Program-made: the position numbers and the translations under genes
In this document: one piece after another, positions 8,263 through 18,060 of the stretch
Layout of the letters: every line of letters begins with the position of its first letter
Position numbering within the stretch: position 1 is the first letter of the stretch
Assembly (NCBI GenBank): GCA_963700285.1
Contig: CAVOXA010000014.1
Span: forward strand, 980,410 to 1,044,409
Source: an uncultured Chloroflexia bacterium
GTDB taxonomy: Bacteria > Chloroflexota > Anaerolineae > JAAYZQ01
Direction of reading: 5' to 3'
Length of the DNA: 64,000 bases
Notes under the pieces: model-generated
What the model was told of the DNA's origin: nothing
The model's database searches: none
What the model saw: the letters and a program-made list of their open reading frames with translations, nothing else

Positions 8263-10902
8263 ATGCCAGTCCAACTTCAGATCAGCAGCTTTATGAGTGA
8301 CCCGCTGGGTAGCCTCGTCTACCACCTTCTGCTGCTTCTGGTTGTGCAGGCTGGCCTGGCCATGGCCTGGGGGGAATGGCGGCGATCTCGGCAGGCACAA
8401 GCTCAGAGATTGCTGGCAGCCATGGCTGGAATCACTGTGGTGAACCTCGGCTACCTCGCTGCTGCCCTGGTCACTCGAGCCAATTTGATCGATGCAGTGA
8501 CCCTTCTCCCGCTCTATGAGCGGTTTGCCAATACGGTAAGTATCGCTTTCCTGGCCTGGGCCTTTGCCCCCCCGGTCAAGGTCAAGACAAGATCCTGGAA
8601 CCTGGCGCTCTGCGCCAACCTGGTCTTTGCCATCGGTGCTCTGGCAGTGTCTACCCTGCTCTGGCAACGAACCCTGATGAATACGCCCGCCCTGGACCTG
8701 AACACTTACTGGCTGTCGAACCTCTGGAGCGTCTGGCAAATAGCCCTGATCCTGCTGACCATCCTCGGCGTGGCAAGGAATCAGGAAGAAGGCTGGGGTA
8801 CGATCATGCTGGCCATGATCGTTATGCTGGCGGGCCAGGTCCTGCAAATGGCCTTCCCGCAAGGGATAGCCAGACCCCATCTGTCTACCTGGATACGACT
8901 GGCTAACTTGGTCGCCTATCCACTCATAGCGGTTGCCATCTATCAGCGTACGGTAGCCGGACTCCGTGACCACAGCCGTCAGCTACAGAACATCAGCCAA
9001 GCCTCGCTGGAGCAGATAAAGAGTCTGTTGGTTCTTTCTGAAGCCAGCCGACGCATGTCCGCCTCCCTGGATCTCTTCGCCGTACTCGACAGCGCGGTAC
9101 AAGGTGTAGCCCATGCCCTGGATGCAGATCTGTGCGCTATTGCTCTTTTGCTGGAGAATGATCCAAGCCAGATGCGTCTGGCGGCCATCTATAACCCTGA
9201 GCATCCAAGGCGCGGCGAGCTGATCACCTTCCCCATCGAATACCAATTGGAGATTCAGCAAGCTATGCGTTGCAGGCAGCACGTGATCGTAGAAAAGTCG
9301 GACAATGTCCACCTCAGAGCACTTTTCGGCCTCCTGGGCTCCACCGAGACCGGGCCGCTCTTGGTTCAGCCGCTGCTTTCTGGGGGTGGAGCAATTGGAG
9401 CCATCATTGTCGGCAACGCCCGTTCATATCGCCCCTTCACCCCGAATGAAGCAAAGCTGTGCCACTCTATCGCGGCGCAACTCGAAAACGCTATCCAGAA
9501 TGCCCGTTACTACCAGATTGCCCAGAAAAGCATCGAAGAACTGAAAAAGACCCAGAGTGAGGAGCATGGCTCGATTCAGATAGCCCTGGCAAGGATTCGG
9601 GAACTGACGGAGCTTCTGGCAACTTCCGAAACAGAGAGCGAAACCCTCCGTAAAGCACACAGTGACTTGGAGATCAAACTCCTGAGTAGCCGATCTGAGA
9701 TCGACACGTTGACAAAACGATTGGCCGCATTGGAGGTCGATCTGGCCCGGCAGGAAGCAGAGTGGCAAGGCACCCTTCAAGCGATGCTGCCCGGCATGGC
9801 AGCAGGAGTTCTCGTGACCGATGCCCGTGGTGTGATCCGGGCAACGAACATGGCCGCTGAGATCCTGCTGGGGCGGGGAAGTGACGAACTGCAGGGCCTA
9901 GATCTCAGTACGATAAGCGCTGAAGGGGAATGGCAGCAGGCAGTCACGAGGGCCAATGGCGGTGAAGCAGTCCACTTGGGAATGCGGATTGGCAGCAATA
10001 TGCTGACTTGTGACGTGGCTCCTCTGCCACAACCTGGCACGGATCAGGATGGCATGGAAGGGCTTGTCGCGATCCTGCAGAATATCTCGCCCGAGGTTGA
10101 GGCCCAGCAAGCCAGGTTTGAGACGATTGCCTTCATGGTCGAGGAAATGCGAACTCCAATGAGCACGGTGATCGGCTACGCCGACCTGCTCCTCAGCGAA
10201 GCGATGGGCGGTGTAGCCGGCGTGCAACGCAAATTCCTGGTGCGCATCAAGGCGGACGCGGAGCGGATGATTCAAGCCGTCAATGACCTCGCCAGGGAAG
10301 CCGGTGGTGAGGAACATGGGTCCCAACCGCAGCGGCAAACTGTACACGTGAATGATGCCATCGAGGAAGCACTGGCATCGGCGCGCGCCCAGTTCGACAT
10401 CAAGGCACTCTCTGCGGATCTAGAGCTGGCCAATGACCTTCCGACCGTTGAGGCAGATCCTGACCACCTGCAGCGCATCCTGTCTGGCCTGCTCTCAAAC
10501 GCCTGCATGGCGTCGCCAGTCGGAGGGCGGATCCTGGTACAGACCCAGCGCACGGATGGGGCTCCGGCTGACGGCCCCTTGGCCGAGAGCGCCCAAGGCT
10601 GTATCGCCGTATCCATCAAGGACCAGGGTGGAGGTCTGCCTGACGCAGTCCTGGGCCAGGTATTTGACCGGACCCGCCCCAGCCAAACGCCTCCTGGACT
10701 TGGTGAGTCTGGGGCAGGATTGACCCTGGTGAAGGCGCTAGTGGAAGCCCAGGGGGGGCATCTTTGGGTTGACAGCTCAGATAAAGTGAGCACGACATTT
10801 AGCTTCATCCTACAAGTCGACGAAGCGACAGACCAGACTCTCATCGACCGCATTGCCGCCGAGCAGGACCAACTTGCCTCAATAGGCATCGTCGCAGGGT
10901 AG
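8263..10902 (+). CDS. Membrane sensor histidine kinase homologue (multi-TM, GAF, coiled coil, PAS, HisKA-like, HATPase) lacking the phospho-His
   Basis: About 7 TM segments; GAF (IGAIIVGN..RPFT); PAS (GVLVTDARG..NMAAE); H-box reads VEEMRTPM; N, G1 and G2 boxes present. Confidence 0.85.
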   Translation: MPVQLQISSFMSDPLGSLVYHLLLLLVVQAGLAMAWGEWRRSRQAQAQRLLAAMAGITVVNLGYLAAALVTRANLIDAVTLLPLYERFANTVSIAFLAWAFAPPVKVKTRSWNLALCANLVFAIGALAVSTLLWQRTLMNTPALDLNTYWLSNLWSVWQIALILLTILGVARNQEEGWGTIMLAMIVMLAGQVLQMAFPQGIARPHLSTWIRLANLVAYPLIAVAIYQRTVAGLRDHSRQLQNISQASLEQIKSLLVLSEASRRMSASLDLFAVLDSAVQGVAHALDADLCAIALLLENDPSQMRLAAIYNPEHPRRGELITFPIEYQLEIQQAMRCRQHVIVEKSDNVHLRALFGLLGSTETGPLLVQPLLSGGGAIGAIIVGNARSYRPFTPNEAKLCHSIAAQLENAIQNARYYQIAQKSIEELKKTQSEEHGSIQIALARIRELTELLATSETESETLRKAHSDLEIKLLSSRSEIDTLTKRLAALEVDLARQEAEWQGTLQAMLPGMAAGVLVTDARGVIRATNMAAEILLGRGSDELQGLDLSTISAEGEWQQAVTRANGGEAVHLGMRIGSNMLTCDVAPLPQPGTDQDGMEGLVAILQNISPEVEAQQARFETIAFMVEEMRTPMSTVIGYADLLLSEAMGGVAGVQRKFLVRIKADAERMIQAVNDLAREAGGEEHGSQPQRQTVHVNDAIEEALASARAQFDIKALSADLELANDLPTVEADPDHLQRILSGLLSNACMASPVGGRILVQTQRTDGAPADGPLAESAQGCIAVSIKDQGGGLPDAVLGQVFDRTRPSQTPPGLGESGAGLTLVKALVEAQGGHLWVDSSDKVSTTFSFILQVDEATDQTLIDRIAAEQDQLASIGIVAG

Positions 10903-10903
10903 A

Positions 10904-11719
10904 ATGAGTTCAAGATGGCAAGACGAGACAAAACAACCCACAGGGCCTGCTCGCCTCTTCGAAATCGCCAGGCCAGTCCTGATAGGATTGGTCGCGGCCA
11001 GTCTGGTCGTGCTCACACTGCTGGCCACGTGGCTCCTGGCAGCGCAGGAACAGACCCTTGTCTCTAGGACTGGGCCGGTGGCAACGGGTTCGCCCATTCT
11101 GCCAAGCGCTACCCTATTGGCACTCTCTGCTGCCAAGCTCCCAGACAACATGAACGCCCCGACGTTGAACTCAACCCCGACGGCCTTGCCCCCTACGGAC
11201 CAGCCAGGCCCGTCACCCACAGCATCGCTTACAGCATCACCAGCACCATCGCCTACAGCCGCACCGCCCACCGCATCACCCACACTATCACCTACGCCCA
11301 AACCCATACCAACCTTGTCACCATCGCCGTCTCCCGCCCCCACACTCCAGCCTGTAGAAACCAGCCAGCCCTCGCCTGACTCTGCAGCGCAATGCAAGCC
11401 GCCCAGTAACTGGCACAAATATCGAGTGAAAAACAGCCAAACGGTCAAGTCTCTGGCAAACTACTTTGGTACCACTACATCCCAACTAAAAAAGGCCAAT
11501 TGCCTGACCGGTACCTTTGTCCGCGCCGGAACCATCTTGTGGGTGCCCCGCAAGGTCACAGCCACAGCCAAAGCCCAAACCAGCGCAAAAACTCAAGCCA
11601 GCCTCGATGCCTGTCCCCTATGGTGGAATGGAAGTATCGTGGGACCATCAGAGCTAGCTGGAGATACGCCACTGTCAAAAGCCTGTTCGCTCCTACGCCT
11701 GCCTTTGATGTCGAACTAG
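10904..11719 (+). CDS. Membrane-anchored LysM protein with Pro/Thr/Ser-rich linker
   Basis: N-terminal TM, (P/T/S)-rich stalk, CKPPSNWHKYRV..SLANYFGTT..LKKANCL..GTILWVP LysM. Confidence 0.8.
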   Translation: MSSRWQDETKQPTGPARLFEIARPVLIGLVAASLVVLTLLATWLLAAQEQTLVSRTGPVATGSPILPSATLLALSAAKLPDNMNAPTLNSTPTALPPTDQPGPSPTASLTASPAPSPTAAPPTASPTLSPTPKPIPTLSPSPSPAPTLQPVETSQPSPDSAAQCKPPSNWHKYRVKNSQTVKSLANYFGTTTSQLKKANCLTGTFVRAGTILWVPRKVTATAKAQTSAKTQASLDACPLWWNGSIVGPSELAGDTPLSKACSLLRLPLMSN

Positions 11720-11822
11720 GCTCCTCCGCCGCTGTGTTGTGACTCTTCTCATGTCCATCTATTCTCTGCTAAACGTTGCATTCTACATCTTTTACCCGTT
11801 CATACCTGCCAAGAGAGCGCAT

Positions 11823-14024
11823 ATGACAATGAATCACACTGTGCGTCCAATCATGCGCGCAATTGGTACCTTGCTTGCGCTAGTCAGCCTGGCAATGAGT
11901 AGCTTCTGGACAGTTGCAGCCCAGGAGCCACAGGACGCGCACAGCCGGCCCAGCCAGGCGGCTTTTCGAGAAGAAACCTCCACTGTCGATAGCCAAGCTG
12001 GGCACAGAGCTGGCGAGGTAGTGGTGCAACTCAGAGAGCGCGTGACAGCAACCTCAACCCAAATCATGCTGGATCAGTACGACGCCACAGTGCAGCAGTC
12101 CGCAATTGCTGGTACTGCCCAATTGTGGCTGGTGCCGGAAGGTCAAGAACTCGTCACCATCGAGGATCTGAACGCTGATCCCCGTGTACAGTATGCCGAG
12201 CCGAACTATGTTTACCATGCCGCGGTCGTGCCCAACGATCCAAACCTCAGCAAGCAATGGGCGCACACCCTGATCAGGTCGTCCGCGGCCTGGGACATTG
12301 CCATCGGCAGCCGGAGCATGACCATCGCCATCATCGACTCTGGCATTGATGCCAATCATCCGGATCTCCAGGCCAGGATCGTGGGTGGCCAGGACATTGT
12401 GGATGGCGATGCTATCCCTCAAGACGACAACGGACATGGGACTCACGTCGCGGGCATAGCAGCGGCGGTAACCAACAACGCGATTGGTGTAGCAGGAACA
12501 GACTGGCAGGCACGGATCATGCCCGTGCGCGTGCTCGAAGCTGATGGAAGTGGGACAAATTGGGATATCGGGCAAGGCATACACTGGGCCTATCAGAACG
12601 GAGCCAACGTACTCAACCTGAGCCTGAGTGGCCCAGACTACTCGCAACACATTCGGGATGCAGTCAACGCCGCCCACGCAGCGGGTAGTCTCGTCGTGGC
12701 AGCCATGGGCAATTGCCGGGCCTACAGCCCACCAGAATGTCCCGTCGCAAACCCCATCAGCTATCCTGCCGCCTATGGCCATACTATGGCCGTAGCCGCA
12801 ACTACCATCTCGGATGGATATGCCTACTATTCTCAGTACGGCGATCACTGTGATGTCTCTGCGCCGGGCGGTGAAATTGGCTTCATCGGCGACCCGCAAG
12901 GTATCCTCAGCACTCTGCCCACCGATTCCAATTTCTACCTCAAGACAACTTATGGCTATGAAAAGGACTACGACTACTTGCAGGGCACGTCCATGGCAAC
13001 CGCCTACGTCGCGGGGTTGGCGACCCTCATCTGGACTGTGGATCCCAACCTTACGGCCGACCAGGTACAAAACGCTATCCAGAATTCTGCCGATGACTTG
13101 GGCAACCCAGGCCGAGACAGGGACTTTGGCTATGGCCGCATCAACGCGCAAGCGGCGCTGCAAGCCATGGCCCCCCCAAAAGCGCCAGCGCTCTCGCCTA
13201 TTCAGCAGGGATGGTCCGGCGAATACCAGCTCGATTGGAATGACGTGCCAGGCGCCAGCATGTACACGCTGCAGGAAGACGACAGCGCAGCCTTCCCATC
13301 GCCGGTCGTACGCTACAATGGAACCAAAAGCAACTATCAGGTTTCCAGTCAGGATGGAGGCCCCTGGTACTACCGTGTCCTCGCCTCCAACGCAGTTGGT
13401 GACAGTCCCTGGAGCAATACTCAATGGGTCCTCGTCATCCCAAAGGCGACCATCCTGGCGCCTATCGATAATCCCGGCAACAAAGATGCATATGAAGTCA
13501 GTTGGGCGCCCTCAGCGGGTGCAATTGGCTACAAGCTTGTAGAGTCGCCATTGTCCACGGGTGGAAGTGATGTCACCCGCTACGTCGGGGCTGAGACCCA
13601 TTTCAAGATCACCGGTCAGCCAGGAGGCACCTGGCGCTACTTTGTCCTTCCCTACAACTCGGCAGGAGATGGCCTTTGGAGCAACACTGTGACTACGACC
13701 GTAGATCCTGCTGCACTGCCGCCACCCGAGCTACTCGCCATTGACAATGCTGACGGCGACGGGTACTATGTCGTTGAGTGGAACAAAGTCCAGGACGCAA
13801 CGAGCTACATATTGGAAGAGAGTCCCAGCCAGTACTTTGACCACCCAACGGAGGTCTATGCAGGGACAGGCCGAAAGTATGTAGCGACCAGCCAACCTGG
13901 AGGCTCCTGGCACTACCGCGTGCGGGCATCCAAGTCGGCCGGGAAAAGCCCTTGGAGCCAACGGCAATCGGTAAGCGTCAAAACCTTGCTCTACCTGCCA
14001 ATGGCAGTGAGGACCGTAAAGTAG
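11823..14024 (+). CDS. Secreted S8 subtilisin-family serine protease with FN3-like repeats and a C-terminal LYLPMAVR motif
   Basis: Triad motifs IAIIDSG, GHGTHVAG, GTSMAT; three W...Y.L.E...YYRV.A.N repeats; start uncertain (11739-11853). Confidence 0.92.
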   Translation: MTMNHTVRPIMRAIGTLLALVSLAMSSFWTVAAQEPQDAHSRPSQAAFREETSTVDSQAGHRAGEVVVQLRERVTATSTQIMLDQYDATVQQSAIAGTAQLWLVPEGQELVTIEDLNADPRVQYAEPNYVYHAAVVPNDPNLSKQWAHTLIRSSAAWDIAIGSRSMTIAIIDSGIDANHPDLQARIVGGQDIVDGDAIPQDDNGHGTHVAGIAAAVTNNAIGVAGTDWQARIMPVRVLEADGSGTNWDIGQGIHWAYQNGANVLNLSLSGPDYSQHIRDAVNAAHAAGSLVVAAMGNCRAYSPPECPVANPISYPAAYGHTMAVAATTISDGYAYYSQYGDHCDVSAPGGEIGFIGDPQGILSTLPTDSNFYLKTTYGYEKDYDYLQGTSMATAYVAGLATLIWTVDPNLTADQVQNAIQNSADDLGNPGRDRDFGYGRINAQAALQAMAPPKAPALSPIQQGWSGEYQLDWNDVPGASMYTLQEDDSAAFPSPVVRYNGTKSNYQVSSQDGGPWYYRVLASNAVGDSPWSNTQWVLVIPKATILAPIDNPGNKDAYEVSWAPSAGAIGYKLVESPLSTGGSDVTRYVGAETHFKITGQPGGTWRYFVLPYNSAGDGLWSNTVTTTVDPAALPPPELLAIDNADGDGYYVVEWNKVQDATSYILEESPSQYFDHPTEVYAGTGRKYVATSQPGGSWHYRVRASKSAGKSPWSQRQSVSVKTLLYLPMAVRTVK

Positions 14025-14031
14025 CGTGGAA

Positions 14032-16158
14032 ATGAAACGCGCCACACGGCTCTCCTTACTCGCGTTAACCATGCTGCTCCCCCTGGCCACAGGTTGCAGT
14101 TTCACCGGAGACCTACCGCTGCCAGTGGAAATCGCGCTGCCCACCTTGAGCCCTGTACCATCTCCGAGTCTGCCGCCGGCGGACGAGGTAGCCCTGGCCT
14201 TTCTCCAGGCATGGGAACGTGATGATTATCCCGCAATGTACAGTCTGCTCTCTCCAGACTCTCAACGAGCCTATGCAGAGGATTTCTTTGTCTCAACCTA
14301 TCACCAAGTTACCAAAGAGGCGACGATCACAACCAAGGCAACGCGTATTCTAGCCGCCTACCAGCCAGATAACCATGCCCAAGTTTCTTTTGCTGTCGAT
14401 TTCCAGACAGATCAGGTTGGGAGTTTTGGCATAGAAAACCTGATGGACCTGAGTCTCGTACAGGGCCGCTGGGGAGTGAACTGGTCACCGGCTCTGATCT
14501 TACCCCAATTGAGTGATGGTACCTGGGTTCGCATGACAACACAGATTCCAGCGCGGGGCAACATTTACGACCGCTCTGGCCTTGGGTTGGCAGTACAGGG
14601 CCAGATTGTTGAGATCGGCGTGGTTCCTGGTCAGATACAGGATGAGACTGCAGTATTGGCACAATTGAGTGAGGTCCTGGGGGTAGATCAAGCCGAACTC
14701 CGGGCCCGTTATGCTGATGTCAAGCCAGATTGGTTTGTTCCGCTGGGCCGGGTCAGTACTGAGGTAGGAAAGCGCTACTATGCGAACCTTAGTTCCACAC
14801 CGGGCATTGAGATACGTGAAGCTTGGATGCGATCCTATCGCCCGGAACTCATTGCCCCCCACTTGGTAGGGGTCATCGGCCCGATCCCCATGGAAGAAGC
14901 CGAGCTGTGGCACGAACAGGGGTACGGCCGCGATGAGATGGTAGGCTGGATGGGCCTGGAGCGATGGGGCGAACCCTACCTGTCCGGCGAACGGGGCCGG
15001 CGCCTGGAGGTCGTTTCTGCGCAAGGAGAGCAGATTGCTGTCCTGGCCGACAAGCCACCCTCAGAGAGCAGCAACCTCTACACCACCTTTGACCGCGAGT
15101 TTCAACAGCAGGTCCAAGAGATTCTGGGACAGCGGACAGGCTCCATCGCCGTATTGGAAGCGGCGACGGGCCGCGTGCTGGCTCTTGCCACTTATCCTAC
15201 GTTTGACTCCAATCAATTCTCCGGAGGAATCAGCGAGCAGGAATGGCTTCAATTGGAGGATGATCCCCTTCACCCACTGCTCAACCGGGCCACACAAGGG
15301 TCCTACCCAGCCGGGAGCGTGTTCAAGATCATTACGATGGCATCTGCAATGGAGGCAGCGGACCTATCAGCAGACAGTACCTTTGACTGTGATGGCGTTT
15401 GGAATGGACTGGGGCCAGAACTACCAAAGACATGTTGGCTCAGCAGTGGTCACGGGCAGATCTCTTTGGCCCAAGCACTGATCGTTTCGTGCGATATCAC
15501 GTTCTATCAAGTGGGGCTGCTACTCAATGAGCTAGATCCAGGGCTCCTGCCCGACTATGCTCGTCGTTTTGGGTTCGGCTCACGGACAGGCATTGAGGTG
15601 GAGGAGAACGCAGGGATGGTGCCGGACCCAATATGGAAGATGCAGGCCAAGGGCGAGGGCTGGGCGCCCGGGGATGCCGTAAATCTGGCCATTGGCCAGA
15701 GTGAGCTACTGGTCACCCCCTTACAGATCGCTGCGGCGTTGGCTGCAGTGGGAAATGGTGGCACGCTTTATCGCCCGAGCCTGGTGGAATCGATCTCAGC
15801 CGATCCAGAAAAGCCGGACTGGATCTTTGAGCCGACGGCCGTGGGACAGATTCCGGTCAGCCCAGAGAACCTGGCTGTGATCCAAAAGAGTCTGTACAAA
15901 GCAACTTCCACTGCTCAAGGCACGGCAGTTGAAGCATTCAAGGGGCTCGAGATGGAAGTAGCGGGCAAGACAGGCACAGCAGAGAGCGGGCAGTACAATC
16001 CTCATGCCTGGTTCGCAGGTTATGCTCCAGCTCAATCCCCAGAGATAGCCATCGCTGTAGTCATAGAGCACTCAGGACTAGGCGGTGAAGAGGCGGCCCC
16101 ACTCTTCCGGCAGGTGCTCGAAGCCTACTTTGAGCGTGACCCTGGCCCAGGGCCTTGA
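14032..16158 (+). CDS. mrdA: Class B penicillin-binding protein 2-like lipoprotein with NTF2-like N-terminus
   Basis: Lipobox LATGC; RGNIYDR; SxxK (GSVFK), SCD, KTGTAE; AWFAGYAP. Confidence 0.88.
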   Translation: MKRATRLSLLALTMLLPLATGCSFTGDLPLPVEIALPTLSPVPSPSLPPADEVALAFLQAWERDDYPAMYSLLSPDSQRAYAEDFFVSTYHQVTKEATITTKATRILAAYQPDNHAQVSFAVDFQTDQVGSFGIENLMDLSLVQGRWGVNWSPALILPQLSDGTWVRMTTQIPARGNIYDRSGLGLAVQGQIVEIGVVPGQIQDETAVLAQLSEVLGVDQAELRARYADVKPDWFVPLGRVSTEVGKRYYANLSSTPGIEIREAWMRSYRPELIAPHLVGVIGPIPMEEAELWHEQGYGRDEMVGWMGLERWGEPYLSGERGRRLEVVSAQGEQIAVLADKPPSESSNLYTTFDREFQQQVQEILGQRTGSIAVLEAATGRVLALATYPTFDSNQFSGGISEQEWLQLEDDPLHPLLNRATQGSYPAGSVFKIITMASAMEAADLSADSTFDCDGVWNGLGPELPKTCWLSSGHGQISLAQALIVSCDITFYQVGLLLNELDPGLLPDYARRFGFGSRTGIEVEENAGMVPDPIWKMQAKGEGWAPGDAVNLAIGQSELLVTPLQIAAALAAVGNGGTLYRPSLVESISADPEKPDWIFEPTAVGQIPVSPENLAVIQKSLYKATSTAQGTAVEAFKGLEMEVAGKTGTAESGQYNPHAWFAGYAPAQSPEIAIAVVIEHSGLGGEEAAPLFRQVLEAYFERDPGPGP

Positions 16159-16254
16159 GGTTCTCCTACATTTCCCCATTGCCTCCCTCTCAAAAGCAAT
16201 TGCAGCTTGAGAACAAGCTGTGGTACAATGGGCCGGTTCTCCACTAGGAGTTGT

Positions 16255-17187
16255 ATGATGACGCTGGCTTGTGCATCGGGCAAGGTTATCCTCTTTGGTG
16301 AGCATGCGGTGGTCTATGGCCAGCCGGCAATCGCCGTACCGGTAACTGAGACGCAGGCCCAAGCTCGGATCGAACCGGGCGTCCCAGGACAGGGCATGGT
16401 CGTTGTCGCGCCGGATCTCAACCACAACATCGTTGTACGAAAGGCGCCCGAGGATGATCCCCTCGCCCATATCGTCCGGCAGGCCCTGGCCGCCATCGGT
16501 CAGGACAAAGATCCTGACCTGACAGTCACCATCACCTCCACAATACCCATTGCCCGGGGCATGGGTAGTGGGGCAGCCGTGTCCACAGCCATCGTCCGCG
16601 CTCTAGGCCAGCACTTTGCCCGTTGGTTTTCGTCACAAGCCATTTCGGATCTGGTTTATGAAACAGAAAAGATCTATCATGGCACTCCTTCTGGCATAGA
16701 TAACACGGTGGTTGCCTTCGAAAAGCCAGTCTATTTTGTCAAAGACATGGTTCGCGAGGTCTTTTGGGTTGGACAGCCTTTCCTGCTGGCCATCGCTGAT
16801 ACGGGAATAGAGAGCCCCACCAGGAAGGTGGTTGGGCATCTCAGACAGCGCTACGAGGCCGAGCCTGACCGCTACGACCCGCTTTTCCTGCGTGTGGGGC
16901 AGATTGCGACTGAGGCCCGTTCAGACATCGAACAGGGCAAGCCAGAGGCCATCGGCCAGTTGATGGACGAAAATCATGCTTTGCTCCAAGAGATAGGCGT
17001 TAGCTGCCCAGAACTGGACCGGCTGGCGCTCGCTGCACGAGAAGGCGGTGCGCTTGGGGCCAAGCTCTCAGGAGCAGGCTGGGGCGGCAACTTGATCGCA
17101 TTGATTACGAAGGCCAAACGGGGGCGGGTAGACATGATGCTGCGTCTGGCCGGCGCGACAAACATCATCGTCACCGAGGTACAATGA
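16255..17187 (+). CDS. mvk: Mevalonate kinase
   Basis: GKVILFGEHAVVYG, PIARGMGSGAA (GHMP), HGTPSGID, AKLSGAGWGG; AGGAG SD; extended -10 TGGTACAAT at 16221-16229. Confidence 0.95.
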   Translation: MMTLACASGKVILFGEHAVVYGQPAIAVPVTETQAQARIEPGVPGQGMVVVAPDLNHNIVVRKAPEDDPLAHIVRQALAAIGQDKDPDLTVTITSTIPIARGMGSGAAVSTAIVRALGQHFARWFSSQAISDLVYETEKIYHGTPSGIDNTVVAFEKPVYFVKDMVREVFWVGQPFLLAIADTGIESPTRKVVGHLRQRYEAEPDRYDPLFLRVGQIATEARSDIEQGKPEAIGQLMDENHALLQEIGVSCPELDRLALAAREGGALGAKLSGAGWGGNLIALITKAKRGRVDMMLRLAGATNIIVTEVQ

Positions 17188-17331
17188 TGGCAAAGCCGTG
17201 CATCAGCAAGTCTTCAGGTCTTCCAGCCCTTGATGAACTCAGGGCCGGTTGCGAGTAAGGCGCCCGTCCCAAGCATAGCCAGAGGGACCCCCGTCGATAC
17301 GGGGAAAGCAGCGGGCTGCAGGAGGTGATCC

Positions 17332-18060
17332 ATGCGCATAGATGGGCGAAAATGGGATGAAATCCGCCCGGTACGCATCATAACCGATTATGTAGACTAC
17401 CCTGATGGCTCGGCCCTGATCGAGATGGGAAAGACTCGGGTACTGTGCAGTGCCACGATCGAGGCATCTGTACCCTCCTGGCGGCAGGGCAGCGGCGCGG
17501 GCTGGCTGACAGCCGAATACGCACTCTTGCCCTGCTCAACGCATCAACGCAGGAAACGGGAAACAAGTGGGCTGGGCGGGCGAGCACAAGAGATCCGGCG
17601 GTTGATCGGCCGCAGCCTGCGCACTGCGGTCGATCTTGAGAAGCTTGGAGAGCGAACCATCATCCTGGACTGCGACGTGATCCAGGCAGACGGTGGTACG
17701 CGTACAGCCGCCATCACAGGCGCCTACGTGGCCCTGGCTCTGGCCCTGAAACGGATGGAGGACAATGGGGAAACCTCTCAGGACGTTTTGCTGACATCAG
17801 TGGCCGCCACCAGCCTGGGCCCGGTCGAGGGCCAGTTGTTGCTGGATCTGTGCTACAGCGAGGATTCTGCTGCAAGCTCTGATTTCAACATTGTCATGAC
17901 TGGCTATGGCGACTTTATAGAGGTCCAGGGTACAGCAGAGGGTGAGCCCTATGGGCGGCAGTTTCTAGAGGAGGTGCTTGACCTGGCCGAATCAGGCATC
18001 AGGCAGCTATTGGCCATCCAGGCCCAAGTGCTGACAGACACCCTGGAGGCACGCCCTTGA
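17332..18060 (+). CDS. rph: Ribonuclease PH
   Basis: GWLTAEY, EIRRLIGRSLR, DCDVIQADGGTRTAAITG, EVQGTAEG. Confidence 0.97.
   Translation: MRIDGRKWDEIRPVRIITDYVDYPDGSALIEMGKTRVLCSATIEASVPSWRQGSGAGWLTAEYALLPCSTHQRRKRETSGLGGRAQEIRRLIGRSLRTAVDLEKLGERTIILDCDVIQADGGTRTAAITGAYVALALALKRMEDNGETSQDVLLTSVAATSLGPVEGQLLLDLCYSEDSAASSDFNIVMTGYGDFIEVQGTAEGEPYGRQFLEEVLDLAESGIRQLLAIQAQVLTDTLEARP

Noticed and set aside
17270-17320. SRP RNA (GGAAAGCAGC resemblance)
   Set aside because: It lacks the CAGG-(stem GNRA)-AGCAG domain IV geometry
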